Made by a program: the position numbers and the translations under genes. Below the pieces are notes generated by a model. It was not told where the DNA came from. It did not search any database and was given only the letters and a program-made list of their open reading frames with translations. From assembly GCA_934167465.1 (NCBI GenBank), contig CAKPKR010000001.1, positions 287,030-351,029 on the forward strand: a stretch of 64,000 nt of DNA, read 5' to 3'. Positions 8,320 through 21,452 of this stretch are shown here, piece by piece; the first letter of the stretch is position 1; each line of letters begins with the position of its first letter. Origin of the DNA: an uncultured Bacilli bacterium (lineage in GTDB: Bacteria; Bacillota_I; Bacilli_A; RF39; UBA660).

Positions 8320-9239
8320 TTTCTTTTACTCCTTTTTACTAATAAATTTTGGAATATTGTAAATGCACTAGATGTAATCCAATAAATTGCTATTCCGGTT
8401 GAGATTGTAAATGATGCAATAATCATTGTAATCATCATTATATTTTTCATCATTTTCATTTGTTCTTCTTGTTCTTTACTCATACTTGCTCCACTATTTA
8501 ATTTAAATGAGTAATATGTTGTTAAAATTACTAATAAAATTAAAATTATGTATTTGAATTCTCCGTGAGTTAATAGCGCAACAGCAGGACTTGTACCTAA
8601 TTGTAATGTTAAGAAATTTCCTTCAAATAATACTGGAATTCTATTTATTGCTTCTAAGAATGCAAAGAATAATGGAATTTGTAAAAATGAGAATAAACAA
8701 CCAGACAATGGTTTTATATCATATTTTTTATAAATAAGTAACATTTCTTGTGATTTTTGCATCATTGATTGTTGATCATTTTTATTCGCATATTTTTTTT
8801 CTAATTTAGTTAATTCTGGTTGTGCCAATTTCATATTTTCTGATTGCATTGCTGTTTTTTTTGTAAATGGATACATTATTCCTCTAATTAACAATGTTGA
8901 TAGGATAATTGCTAAACCATAATTTTTAACTAATTTTCCAATTTGAATTATTAACCAAGCTAATGGTTGGACAAATATAGTAGTCCATAATCCATCATAA
9001 TTACTACTTATTACTCCCATTTTTTCACAGGCTGGTAGTTTTTCAATGTTTACTTTATTTTCTTCATATAATTTTAAAGTTTCTGAATCAGTAGGCTTAC
9101 ACAATATATTTTGTGTTAAATTCAAACCTGTTGTTTTATTTTGAACTACTTTATTATCGACTTTAACATATTTAGTACACCCTGTTAAAGTAAATACACA
9201 TACCAATACTAATATTATTTTAGATATTCTTTTTTTCAT
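8316..9239 (-). CDS. yidC: membrane protein insertase YidC/Oxa1 family (lipoprotein type)
   Basis: Lipobox LTGC, then a conserved 5-TM core (LAIILSTLLIRGIMYPFTKK...QPELTKLEKKY). Confidence 0.9.
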   Translation of the reverse strand: MKKRISKIILVLVCVFTLTGCTKYVKVDNKVVQNKTTGLNLTQNILCKPTDSETLKLYEENKVNIEKLPACEKMGVISSNYDGLWTTIFVQPLAWLIIQIGKLVKNYGLAIILSTLLIRGIMYPFTKKTAMQSENMKLAQPELTKLEKKYANKNDQQSMMQKSQEMLLIYKKYDIKPLSGCLFSFLQIPLFFAFLEAINRIPVLFEGNFLTLQLGTSPAVALLTHGEFKYIILILLVILTTYYSFKLNSGASMSKEQEEQMKMMKNIMMITMIIASFTISTGIAIYWITSSAFTIFQNLLVKRSKRK

Positions 9240-9577
9240 TTTTTATCTCCTTTTATTATATTTAAATTAGAAAGACATTCATTTAATTCTTTTTCGATTT
9301 CACTAAAGTTTTTATTTAATATCCCTCTTCTTACTATTATAATACAATTGAAGCCATTTTGGTAGATGTTTTTATCTAATATGTTTTTGATTTGTCTTTT
9401 TATTTTGTTTCGCCCTACTGCATTGCATATTTTTTTACTAACTGAAAAACCAAAATGATATATAGAATCATTATTTTTTTCCACATAAATAATAAAATCT
9501 TTATATTTATATGATTTATTGTTCGATATGATACGATCAAAATCTCTATTTGATTTAATAATATTTATTTTTTTCAT
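9236..9577 (-). CDS. rnpA: ribonuclease P protein component
   Basis: 113 aa with FGFSVSKKICNAVGRNKIKRQIKN, downstream of rpmH. Confidence 0.85.
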   Translation of the reverse strand: MKKINIIKSNRDFDRIISNNKSYKYKDFIIYVEKNNDSIYHFGFSVSKKICNAVGRNKIKRQIKNILDKNIYQNGFNCIIIVRRGILNKNFSEIEKELNECLSNLNIIKGDKK

Positions 9578-9627
9578 TATTTCACTTCCTTATAATAGCA
9601 AAAAAACCACTTTTCAGTGGAATATAA

Positions 9628-9750
9628 TTAATGAGATAAAACTTTACGTCCTTTTTTTCTTCTATTATTAATTATTTTAGTTTGCATTCTAGCAAAAAAA
9701 CCTTGTTTTTTACTTCTTTTTCTATTATTTGGTTGGAATGTTCTTTTCAT
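9628..9750 (-). CDS. rpmH: 50S ribosomal protein L34
   Basis: Not in the ORF track because it is only 40 aa. Minus-strand translation gives [40 protein letters not shown] with a TAA stop. Confidence 0.9.
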   Translation of the reverse strand: MKRTFQPNNRKRSKKQGFFARMQTKIINNRRKKGRKVLSH

Positions 9751-9768
9751 TATATCCACCTCACTTTT

Positions 9769-10035
9769 CTAAAAAATTTCCATTGCTTTAATAATTATAT
9801 AGATAAAACACACTTTTGTCAATAAAAATAAGTTAATAAGATACTTTTCCACAATAATATTTTTTGATTTTATTCTTTTAGTTTTTGCTTTTACATTATT
9901 TATTTTATTTTCTAATTCTTTTAATTGAGTTTCTTTTGATTCTAATTCATTATAATTTTCTTCTAATTTCTTCATTTTAAAGTGTTGTTTACTTAATTTA
10001 ATTTTTATTTCTGCTTCATTTAACATAAATAACAT
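9769..10035 (-). CDS. hypothetical small protein (coiled-coil N-terminus, hydrophobic C-terminus), possibly spurious
   Basis: 88-aa ORF inside the oriC-proximal AT-rich spacer. No recognisable family. Confidence 0.2.
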   Translation of the reverse strand: MLFMLNEAEIKIKLSKQHFKMKKLEENYNELESKETQLKELENKINNVKAKTKRIKSKNIIVEKYLINLFLLTKVCFIYIIIKAMEIF

Positions 10036-10077
10036 TCTTTCTAATTATATATATGTTTAAAAAAAAATAATTAACAA

Positions 10078-10312
10078 ACTTTTCCACATAAAAAAACTTT
10101 ATTTTTTTATTTAAAAATTCGTTTTTCCACTTATTTGTGTATAAATAATACACTTGTATGTGGAATAATTATACACATATGTGAATAAAAAAATTAAGTT
10201 TTCCACAATTTTGTTTAAAACTATATTTATTTATTATTTTATAAGAAATTATTTTGTGGAAAAAAATGTGAATTATGTGTGAATTAGTTGTGGACTAAAA
10301 AAAATCCACAAA
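10078..10312. promoter_or_regulatory. oriC DnaA-box cluster upstream of dnaA, with at least 7 boxes matching TTATCCACA with 1-2 mismatches
   Basis: TTTTCCACA 10080-10088, TTTTCCACT 10133-10141, TGTGGAATA 10159-10167, TTTTCCACA 10199-10207, TGTGGAAAA 10255-10263, TGTGGACTA 10289-10297, AAATCCACA 10302-10310. Confidence 0.7.
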
Positions 10313-10375
10313 ATTGCTTTTTTTTTCTTAAAAAATAAGGTAAAATATAGGTAATTGAATCAGAAATAGGAGGTA

Positions 10376-11731
10376 ATGGTTGTGGAAAATAAAGTTTTAT
10401 GGGACAATTGTTTAAGTAAAATTAAAGAAAAATTATCCCCAATTACCTTTGATACTTGGTTTTCAGAAACAAAATTATATAATATTGTGGAAAACAAAGT
10501 TACGCTTTCTGTTCCAATGCATGTTGTTAAAAAAATGCTTATGGAAAACTATAATGAATTAATTGAAGAGACATTTACGGATATTTCTGGTTCTAACTTT
10601 AAATTTGAATATTTAACTGAACAAGAAATTGAAGAAAATATTCAAATTGATACTGAAACTATTGGTGTTCCTTCAATTTCATCTTTTGAAACAAATTTAA
10701 ATCCTAATTATACATTTGAAAATTATGTAGTAGGTCAAAGTAATAAATTCGCACAAATGACAGCCATTGCTGTTGCTGAACAACCAGGAAAGATGTATAA
10801 TCCTTTGTTCATATATGGTAAAAGTGGAATTGGAAAAACCCATTTAATGCATGCCATCGGTAATTATACACTGAAAAAAAACAAAAATAGGGTTTTATAT
10901 GTAACATGTGAAAAATTTGTCGAAGATTTTGTTGGAATTAATAAAAAGGGTGAAGATGGAAATAATTTTGATGCCGTTGAAATATTTAAAAGAAAATATC
11001 GTGATATTGATGTCCTAATCATAGATGACATTCAATTTTTAGGAAATAGGGTAAAAACGCAACAAGAATTTTTCAACACCTTCAATGAATTATATGATAA
11101 AAATAAGCAAATCATTATTTCTTCTGATAGTTCACCTGATGATTTAAAACTATTAGAAGAGAGACTTACTACTAGATTTAACTGGGGAATAACAATTCCA
11201 ATTGAACAACCTGATTTTGAATTAAGAATGAAAATTATTGATAATAAATTAGATGGACATATATTAAAAGACGAATTTAGTAGAGAAGTTAAAGAATTTA
11301 TTGCTAGCAACTGTACTAGTGATATAAGAAAATTAGAAGGAGCTATTACTAGAGTTACAGCATATGCAACAATGATGGGTGGATCAAAAATTACTTTAGA
11401 ACTTGCTAACGAAGCTTTAAAAGATTATTTTGTAAAAAGTATTGTTTCAAAAAATAAAGTGGATAAAATTCAACAACTAGTTGCTAACAACTACAATATA
11501 TCAGTTGATGATTTAAAAAGTAAAAAAAGAGTAGCATCCATTGCTTTACCAAGACAAATTGCTATGTATATATGTAGAATTCATTTAAATGAACCATTAC
11601 AGAAAATTGGAATTGAATTTGGAGGTAAAGATCATACAACAGTTATGCACTCGGTGGAAAAAATAGAAAAGAAGATAAAAGAAAATAGTGAATTTAAATT
11701 AGAAATTGATAAACTAATTAATAAAATATAA
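10376..11731 (+). CDS. dnaA: chromosomal replication initiator DnaA
   Basis: RBS AGGAGG. Walker A GKSGIGKTHL, AAA+ body and a C-terminal DNA-binding domain. Confidence 0.97.
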   Translation: MVVENKVLWDNCLSKIKEKLSPITFDTWFSETKLYNIVENKVTLSVPMHVVKKMLMENYNELIEETFTDISGSNFKFEYLTEQEIEENIQIDTETIGVPSISSFETNLNPNYTFENYVVGQSNKFAQMTAIAVAEQPGKMYNPLFIYGKSGIGKTHLMHAIGNYTLKKNKNRVLYVTCEKFVEDFVGINKKGEDGNNFDAVEIFKRKYRDIDVLIIDDIQFLGNRVKTQQEFFNTFNELYDKNKQIIISSDSSPDDLKLLEERLTTRFNWGITIPIEQPDFELRMKIIDNKLDGHILKDEFSREVKEFIASNCTSDIRKLEGAITRVTAYATMMGGSKITLELANEALKDYFVKSIVSKNKVDKIQQLVANNYNISVDDLKSKKRVASIALPRQIAMYICRIHLNEPLQKIGIEFGGKDHTTVMHSVEKIEKKIKENSEFKLEIDKLINKI

Positions 11732-11736
11732 TTAAT

Positions 11737-11890
11737 AATGTGGAAAAAAATAAATTATAAACATTTTATATACAACTAATTCACAGTCAAAAATTGAACT
11801 ATTACATTATAAATAAAGACTTAAATTAGTTTTACACATTTTCCACTTTAATAATAAAAATAATAATATTCATAAATATAAAAAATAGGA
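11737..11890. promoter_or_regulatory. second DnaA-box group plus an AT-rich DNA-unwinding-element-like stretch between dnaA and dnaN
   Basis: TGTGGAAAA 11739-11747, TTTTCCACT 11839-11847, and a near-pure A/T run at 11850-11890. Confidence 0.5.
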
Positions 11891-11899
11891 GGGTTAATT

Positions 11900-13021
11900 A
11901 TGAATTTAGAAATTAAACAAAATGTATTATTAGAAAATTTAAACTATGCGATTAAGGGAATATCTACTAAGAATATTATTCCAATATTAAATTGTATTAA
12001 ATTTGAATTAAAAAAAGAAGGACTATATATGACTAGTACTGATAATGAAAGTGCTATTAAAACATTTATTCCTGAATGTGATATTGTAAGTATTAATTCA
12101 TTAGGTGAAATAGTAGTATCAGGAAGATATATATATGAAATAATTAAGAAATTACCAGGAAAAGTTATTAAAATAGAAGAAGTAATAGATAATAAAGTAC
12201 ATATATCAACAGATAATTCATCATTTGATTTAAATTGTAATAATATTAATGAATATCCAGAATTAGATTTAAATGATAGTAAAAATCCAGTTATTATTAA
12301 TAAAAAACTATTTAAAACAATGATTAAACAAACTTCTTTTGCAGCCTCAACTCAAGAAAATAGACCAGAATTTACTGGAATTAATATTATATTAGAAAAT
12401 AATAAATTAGAATGTACAGCAACTGATTCGTATCGTTTAGCAAAAAAATATATTGAATTAGATAATGTATATGAAAATAATGTTAACTTAATAATTCCAA
12501 ATAAAAATATAATGGAATTAGAAAGAATGATTGAAGATAATGAAGAACCTTTAGAAATGCACATTTTTAATAATAAAGTTATATTTAAATTTGATAATAT
12601 AATATTTATGACAAGATTAATTAATGGAAATTATCCTGATACAAATAAATTAATTCCTAATAATTTTAATATAATTCTTAAAGCTAATTTAAATGAATTA
12701 TATAGTGCAATTGATAGAGCTAGCTTACTTACTAGTGAATATGATAAAAATACAATTAAACTAGAATTAAATGAAAAAATAGTTGTTATATCTTCAAACA
12801 TTCCCGAAATAGGGTATGTTGAAGAAAAACTAAATGTTGATACTGATTATAAAGATAAATTCAAAATTTCATTTAGTTCTAAATATATGTTAGATGCTTT
12901 AAAATCATTAGAATGTGATGAAGTAAATATTAAATTTAATGGTGAAGAACAACCAATTATTGTTAATAATATAATAGATGATGGTGTTATTCAATTAGTA
13001 TTACCTGTTAAAACATATTAA
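11900..13021 (+). CDS. dnaN: DNA polymerase III beta sliding clamp
   Basis: 373 aa with the three-domain clamp architecture. Sits between dnaA and recF. Confidence 0.95.
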   Translation: MNLEIKQNVLLENLNYAIKGISTKNIIPILNCIKFELKKEGLYMTSTDNESAIKTFIPECDIVSINSLGEIVVSGRYIYEIIKKLPGKVIKIEEVIDNKVHISTDNSSFDLNCNNINEYPELDLNDSKNPVIINKKLFKTMIKQTSFAASTQENRPEFTGINIILENNKLECTATDSYRLAKKYIELDNVYENNVNLIIPNKNIMELERMIEDNEEPLEMHIFNNKVIFKFDNIIFMTRLINGNYPDTNKLIPNNFNIILKANLNELYSAIDRASLLTSEYDKNTIKLELNEKIVVISSNIPEIGYVEEKLNVDTDYKDKFKISFSSKYMLDALKSLECDEVNIKFNGEEQPIIVNNIIDDGVIQLVLPVKTY

Positions 13022-13107
13022 AAATAGAATTTTTTCTATTTTTTTTCTTTTTCTACAAATTTCAACATTAACTATATATAGAATATATAACTCAAAGGAG
13101 GGTTATT

Positions 13108-13566
13108 GTGGAAAACTATGAAATAAATAATTCAACATTAGCAGTTATTGCTTTAAATGAGAAACAATCCAAAATAATTGAATTAGATGAAATTTATATT
13201 GTGGAAAAATCTGTATTTGAAATAATTGATCATAGTTGTAAATTTTTTGGAAGTTCATATTTAGGAAGACATGAGGGAACAAAAATGATAACTGGAATAA
13301 AATATAAAACACCTATATTAATTGAAGAAAGTCATAATATTATATTTTTTCCTACATGTTCTTCTAAAATGAATAATTGTATGTGGATATCTTTAAATAA
13401 TATTAAAAATTATTCAAAATATAAAAGAATTTCTAAAATTATATTTAAAAATGATTATGAATTAATTCTTAATATTTCATATGGTTCATTAGAAAATCAA
13501 ATATTAAGATCAACTTTATTAGATAGTACACTTAGAAATCATAAAAAAAATATAATGAATAAGTAA
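13108..13566 (+). CDS. comK: ComK-family competence transcription factor homolog
   Basis: GTG start with RBS GGAGGG. Aligns by eye to B. subtilis ComK motifs: NSTLAVIAL / KIIELDEIYIV / EIIDHSCKFFGSSYLGRHEGT / KTPILIEESHNIIFFPTCSS / NCMWISLNNIK / ISYGSLENQILR. Confidence 0.65.
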   Translation: MENYEINNSTLAVIALNEKQSKIIELDEIYIVEKSVFEIIDHSCKFFGSSYLGRHEGTKMITGIKYKTPILIEESHNIIFFPTCSSKMNNCMWISLNNIKNYSKYKRISKIIFKNDYELILNISYGSLENQILRSTLLDSTLRNHKKNIMNK

Positions 13567-13686
13567 TTTACTTATTTTTTCTTTTTTTTTGCTTTATTTT
13601 ATGATATAATGTACATGTATGTGTAGGAGTATGAAAAAATATAAATTTTAAAAAATAGGCCATTTAAATAAAAAAAGAGGTGTTTT

Positions 13687-16721
<3,035 letters not shown>

Positions 16722-16730
16722 GAGGATATT

Positions 16731-19172
16731 ATGGATAGAATAATTGAAAAAAATATTGTACAAGAAGTAAGAGATTCTTTCTTAGAATATTCAATGAGTG
16801 TAATTGTATCTCGTGCTATTCCAGATTTAAGAGATGGTTTAAAACCTGTTCATCGTAGAATTTTATATTCAATGTATGAATCAGGATATACTGCAGATAA
16901 ACCACATCGTAAAAGTGCTAGAATAGTCGGGGATGTTATGGGAAAATATCATCCACATGGTGATTCATCAATTTATGAAGCAATGGTTCGTATGGCTCAA
17001 CCATTTAGTTTTAGACATATGTTGGTAGATGGACACGGTAACTTTGGTAATATGGATGGAGATGGAGCAGCAGCAATGCGTTATACCGAAGCTCGTCTTT
17101 CAAAATTATCTTTAGAAATGGTAAGAGATATTAATAAAGATACTGTTGATTTTAAAAATAATTTTGATGATACTGAAAAAGAACCTGTTATATTACCTTC
17201 TAGATTTCCAAATATATTAGTAAATGGATCAATGGGAATAGCAGTTGGAATGGCAACCAATATTCCTCCACATAATTTAGGAGAAGTTATAGATGGATGT
17301 GTTGCTTATATCGATAATCCTGAAATTGATACATTAGGTTTAATGCAACATATTAAAGGTCCAGATTTTCCAACTGGTGGTATAATCCTTGGAAATAGTG
17401 GAATAAGAAAAGCTTATGAAACTGGAAAAGGAAGCATTACTATTCGTGGTAAAGTTGAAATAGAAGAAAACAATGGTAAAAGTAGAATTATTGTTACAGA
17501 ACTTCCATATCAAGTCAATAAAAAAGAATTCCAAGAAAGAATTGGACAATTAGTCAGAGATAAAATATTAGATGGAATTAGTGATTTACACGAAGAATCA
17601 AACTTAGAAAACCCAGTTCGTGTTGTAATTTATTTGAAAAAAGAAGCCAATGCTAATGTTGTATTAAATAATTTATATAAACATACACAATTACAAACAA
17701 CTTATGGCATTAATTTATTAATGATAGATCAACAAACACCTAGAATATTATCTTTAAAAGAAGTTATTTCTAAATATATTGATTATCAAAAAGAAATTAT
17801 TATTAGAAGAAGTAAATTTGATTTAAATAAATGTGAAGCAAGAGTTCATATATTAGAAGGTTTAAAAATAGCTTTAGATAATATAGATGAAATAATTAGA
17901 ATAATTAAAGCATCAAAAACAGATGATATTGCTAAAGAACAATTAATGTCTAAATTTCCTTTGGATGTAGTTCAATGTGAAGCAATCTTAGAAATGAAGT
18001 TAAGAAGATTAACTGGTTTAGAAAAAGATAAAATAGAAAATGAGTTAAAAGATTTATTAGAGCGTATTGAAGAATTAAAATCTATTTTAGCTTCAGAACA
18101 AAAAGTATTAGATATAATTAAGTCTGAATTAATTGAAATTAAAGATAAATATAGTGATGAAAGAAGAACAAATATAGATATGACAGCAATAGAATATATT
18201 GAAGATGAGTCATTAATTCCAGTAGAGGACATAGTTATAACATTAACTAATAAAGGATATATAAAAAGAGTAACTAGTGAAACTTATAAAACTCAAAATA
18301 GAGGTGGAGTTGGAATTAAAGGTATGGCTACAAATGAAGAGGATTTTGTAGAACAATTAATTTCAATGACAACACACGATTACTTATTATTTTTTACAGA
18401 TAAGGGAAAAGTGTACCGAATTAAAGGATATGAAGTACCTGAATTTAGTAGACAATCTAAAGGATTACCTATTATTAATTTATTACCAATTGAAAAAGAT
18501 GAACAAGTTACAGTTATGTTAAAGGTTGAAAATCAAGACCAAAATAAATATATTGTATTTTGTACACAAAGTGGTTTAATTAAAAGAACTGAATTAACTG
18601 AATTTGATAACATTAGAAATAATGGTAAAATAGCAATTACTCTAAAAGAAAATGATAAATTGATATCTGCAAGAAAAACAGATGGTACAAAAGAAATAAT
18701 GATTGGTACTTCAAATGGTCGAATGATTAGATTTGAAGAAAATGAAATTAGAGTAATGGGTAGAACTGCATCTGGAGTAAAAGGAATAGATGTCGGTGAT
18801 GGAATATGTGTTGGATGTGAAGTAGCTGATAAAGAACAACAAGTATTAGTTGTTACTGAAAAAGGATATGGTAAACGTACTAGTGTTGAAGAGTACAGAC
18901 AAACACATAGAGGTAGCAAAGGTGTTAAGGCATTAAATGTTACAGAAAAAAATGGTAATATAGTTTCATTTAAAATAATTGATAGTACAGAAGATTTAAT
19001 GATTATTACAAATAGTGGAATAATTATTAGATTACCAATTGAACAAATATCAACAACAGGTAGAGTAGCGCAAGGTGTAAAATTAATTAATCTTAAAGAT
19101 GAACAAAAAGTAAGTACAGTAGCGCTTATTCAAAAAGATGAAACAAATGAAATAGAAGAACAACAAAATTAA
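16731..19172 (+). CDS. gyrA: DNA gyrase subunit A
   Basis: Active-site region [10 protein letters not shown] and C-terminal beta-pinwheel repeats. Confidence 0.98.
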   Translation: MDRIIEKNIVQEVRDSFLEYSMSVIVSRAIPDLRDGLKPVHRRILYSMYESGYTADKPHRKSARIVGDVMGKYHPHGDSSIYEAMVRMAQPFSFRHMLVDGHGNFGNMDGDGAAAMRYTEARLSKLSLEMVRDINKDTVDFKNNFDDTEKEPVILPSRFPNILVNGSMGIAVGMATNIPPHNLGEVIDGCVAYIDNPEIDTLGLMQHIKGPDFPTGGIILGNSGIRKAYETGKGSITIRGKVEIEENNGKSRIIVTELPYQVNKKEFQERIGQLVRDKILDGISDLHEESNLENPVRVVIYLKKEANANVVLNNLYKHTQLQTTYGINLLMIDQQTPRILSLKEVISKYIDYQKEIIIRRSKFDLNKCEARVHILEGLKIALDNIDEIIRIIKASKTDDIAKEQLMSKFPLDVVQCEAILEMKLRRLTGLEKDKIENELKDLLERIEELKSILASEQKVLDIIKSELIEIKDKYSDERRTNIDMTAIEYIEDESLIPVEDIVITLTNKGYIKRVTSETYKTQNRGGVGIKGMATNEEDFVEQLISMTTHDYLLFFTDKGKVYRIKGYEVPEFSRQSKGLPIINLLPIEKDEQVTVMLKVENQDQNKYIVFCTQSGLIKRTELTEFDNIRNNGKIAITLKENDKLISARKTDGTKEIMIGTSNGRMIRFEENEIRVMGRTASGVKGIDVGDGICVGCEVADKEQQVLVVTEKGYGKRTSVEEYRQTHRGSKGVKALNVTEKNGNIVSFKIIDSTEDLMIITNSGIIIRLPIEQISTTGRVAQGVKLINLKDEQKVSTVALIQKDETNEIEEQQN

Positions 19173-19186
19173 TTGTTGTTCTTTTT
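19158..19186 (+). terminator. gyrA terminator GAACAACAA-loop-TTGTTGTTC followed by TTTTT
   Basis: Read directly. The stop codon lies in the loop. Confidence 0.6.
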
Positions 19187-19204
19187 ATGTTTCACGTGAA
19201 ACAT
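19187..19204. repeat. 18-bp perfect palindrome ATGTTTCACGTGAAACAT (copy 1 of 3)
   Basis: Read directly. Confidence 0.7.
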
Positions 19205-19344
19205 TGAATTACTATCTAATTTTTTTAATTCAAAAAATTTATTAGACTTATATATTTTGAATTTTATAATATATTTATTATCTATATTTTTGATTTATGT
19301 AAAAATATTAATTTTATATTTTATTATATAATTTTTATAATATA

Positions 19345-19362
19345 ATGTTCCACGTGGAACAT
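19345..19362. repeat. 18-bp perfect palindrome ATGTTCCACGTGGAACAT (variant copy 2 of 3)
   Basis: Read directly. Confidence 0.7.
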
Positions 19363-19389
19363 TAAAATTAAATTATAAAACAACAATCA

Positions 19390-19407
19390 ATGTTTCACGT
19401 GAAACAT
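19390..19407. repeat. 18-bp perfect palindrome ATGTTTCACGTGAAACAT (copy 3 of 3)
   Basis: Read directly. Confidence 0.7.
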
Positions 19408-19451
19408 TGATAAAAAACTTGCTAAAAAAAATAAAATATTATATATTATTA

Positions 19452-19530
19452 ATGACACAACATTTATATTCGAACCAGGTCAGATGAGGAATCAAGCAGC
19501 CTTAAGATTCACTAAATGTGTGTGTCTTTT
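19452..19530 (+). ncRNA. ffs: small signal-recognition-particle RNA (4.5S/ffs-like hairpin). Boundaries are approximate.
   Basis: Domain IV core CCAGGUCAG...GGAAUCAAGCAGCC matches the conserved 4.5S motif. The flanks GACACAACAUUUA / UAAAUGUGUGUGUC form the long helix. Promoter TTGCTA-17-TATATT upstream and a U7 run downstream. Confidence 0.55.
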
Positions 19531-19549
19531 TTTATAATTGGTGATGAAA

Positions 19550-19975
19550 ATGAAAGAATATATGCAATTAGCCTATAATGAAGCCTTAAAAGCTTATAAA
19601 AAAGGTGATGTACCGATTGGAGCTATAATAATTAAAAATAATAAAGTTATAGCAAAATCATATAATAAAAAAGAAAAAAATAACAATGCTATATTACACG
19701 CAGAATTAGATGTGATAAATAAAGCTTGTAAAAAATTGAAAACTTGGCATTTAGAAGAATGTATATTATATACAACATTAGAACCTTGTTTAATGTGTAT
19801 GGGTGCTATTGTTCAATCAAGAATAAATGAAATATACTATGCTACTAAAAATAATAATTTTGGAGAAATAAATATAATAAAAAAATATAACAAACAAATA
19901 AAAATTAATTCTGGATTATTAGAAAAAGAATCAAGTGAATTATTAAAAAAATTCTTTCAAGAAAAAAGAAAATAA
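19550..19975 (+). CDS. tadA: tRNA-specific adenosine deaminase TadA
   Basis: HAE...PCxxC zinc motif (HAELDVI, EPCLMCMGAI). Start uncertain: the ORF track gives TTG at 19538, and I chose the ATG at 19550 after GGTGA. Confidence 0.85.
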   Translation: MKEYMQLAYNEALKAYKKGDVPIGAIIIKNNKVIAKSYNKKEKNNNAILHAELDVINKACKKLKTWHLEECILYTTLEPCLMCMGAIVQSRINEIYYATKNNNFGEINIIKKYNKQIKINSGLLEKESSELLKKFFQEKRK

Positions 19976-20024
19976 CATAATTATTTTCTTTTATTATGTT
20001 ATAATATCTATTAGAGGTGAAAAT

Positions 20025-21437
20025 ATGTATCAAACATTATATCGTAAATATAGACCTTCAAATTTTAATGAAGTAGTAGGACAAAAAATAATTGTTCAAA
20101 CATTAAAAAATGCAATCAAAAATAATACATTGTCTCACGCTTATTTATTTACTGGACCAAGAGGAACTGGTAAAACAAGTATTGCTAAAATATTAGCTAA
20201 AACAATTAACTGTACTGATTTAAAAGATGAAACACCTTGTAATAAATGTGTTAATTGTACACAAAATAATTTAAATCCTTTAGATATAATAGAAATCGAT
20301 GCTGCATCTAATAATGGTGTAGATGAAATAAGAGAACTAAAAAGTAAAGTTAATCTAGTACCATCACTTGGAAAATACAAAATATATATAATAGATGAGG
20401 TTCATATGTTATCAACTGGAGCATTTAATGCGTTACTAAAAACATTAGAAGAACCACCTGGACACGTAATCTTTGTTTTAGCAACTACTGATCCACATAA
20501 AGTTCCAGCAACAATTCTTTCAAGATGCCAAAGGTTTGATTTTAAGAGACTAAATCAAAATGAGATAGTATCAAGATTAAAGGAAATTTCTAAAAAAGAA
20601 AATATTGAAATAACAGAAGAAGCATTAAATGAAATAGCTACACTTTCAAATGGTGGAATGCGTGATGCTTTAAGCTTATTGGATCAAGCAATAGCTTATT
20701 CAGAACAAAATATAACATTAGACGATATTCACGAAATAAACGGAACAATAACTCCAGAGGAACAGCTAGAATTTATTAAAAATATATTATCATCTGATAT
20801 CGAAACAATTTTAAAGAAAATAGATAATTACGAAAATAATGGAAAAGACTTTATAAAACTTACAGAAGAAATAATAAATTTTTTACGAAATATAATAATA
20901 TATAAATGCGCTCCAAAATTTTATGAAGAAAAAATTAAATACAATATAGAAATCGAAAATATCGATACAGATAAAATATTTAAATATATTAAAGAATTTA
21001 ATAATATACTTAATGATATGAAAAATTCAAATAATCCAAAAATATTATTTGAATTAACAATAATTAAATTACTGGATACTAAGAAAGATTTAAAGAAAAT
21101 AAGAATAAATAATACTTTGTGTAATTTTAACAAAAAAGAACTATTAGACTTTATACCATTAGTAAATAAAATAAATGAAATAAATGAAACTAAATATAAT
21201 GAAATCAAAAAAATAATAAATAAAGGAACAGTTAAAGCAGTTGGTAAAGAAAATATTATATTCTTATTAGAAGATGAATCAAATATATTTAATAATAATC
21301 TAGAATTAATAGATGAATTATTTGAAAAAACATTTAATAAAAAATATAAATTAATATCAGTTTCTCTAGATGAATGGGAAATAATAAAAAAAGAATTTAA
21401 CAATAAAGAAAAAAAATATGAATATATTGCTGAATAG
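20025..21437 (+). CDS. dnaX: DNA polymerase III subunits gamma/tau
   Basis: GPRGTGKTS Walker A, the zinc module CNKCVNC, and the SRC motif. Confidence 0.95.
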   Translation: MYQTLYRKYRPSNFNEVVGQKIIVQTLKNAIKNNTLSHAYLFTGPRGTGKTSIAKILAKTINCTDLKDETPCNKCVNCTQNNLNPLDIIEIDAASNNGVDEIRELKSKVNLVPSLGKYKIYIIDEVHMLSTGAFNALLKTLEEPPGHVIFVLATTDPHKVPATILSRCQRFDFKRLNQNEIVSRLKEISKKENIEITEEALNEIATLSNGGMRDALSLLDQAIAYSEQNITLDDIHEINGTITPEEQLEFIKNILSSDIETILKKIDNYENNGKDFIKLTEEIINFLRNIIIYKCAPKFYEEKIKYNIEIENIDTDKIFKYIKEFNNILNDMKNSNNPKILFELTIIKLLDTKKDLKKIRINNTLCNFNKKELLDFIPLVNKINEINETKYNEIKKIINKGTVKAVGKENIIFLLEDESNIFNNNLELIDELFEKTFNKKYKLISVSLDEWEIIKKEFNNKEKKYEYIAE

Positions 21438-21452
21438 AAAGAAGGAATAAAA

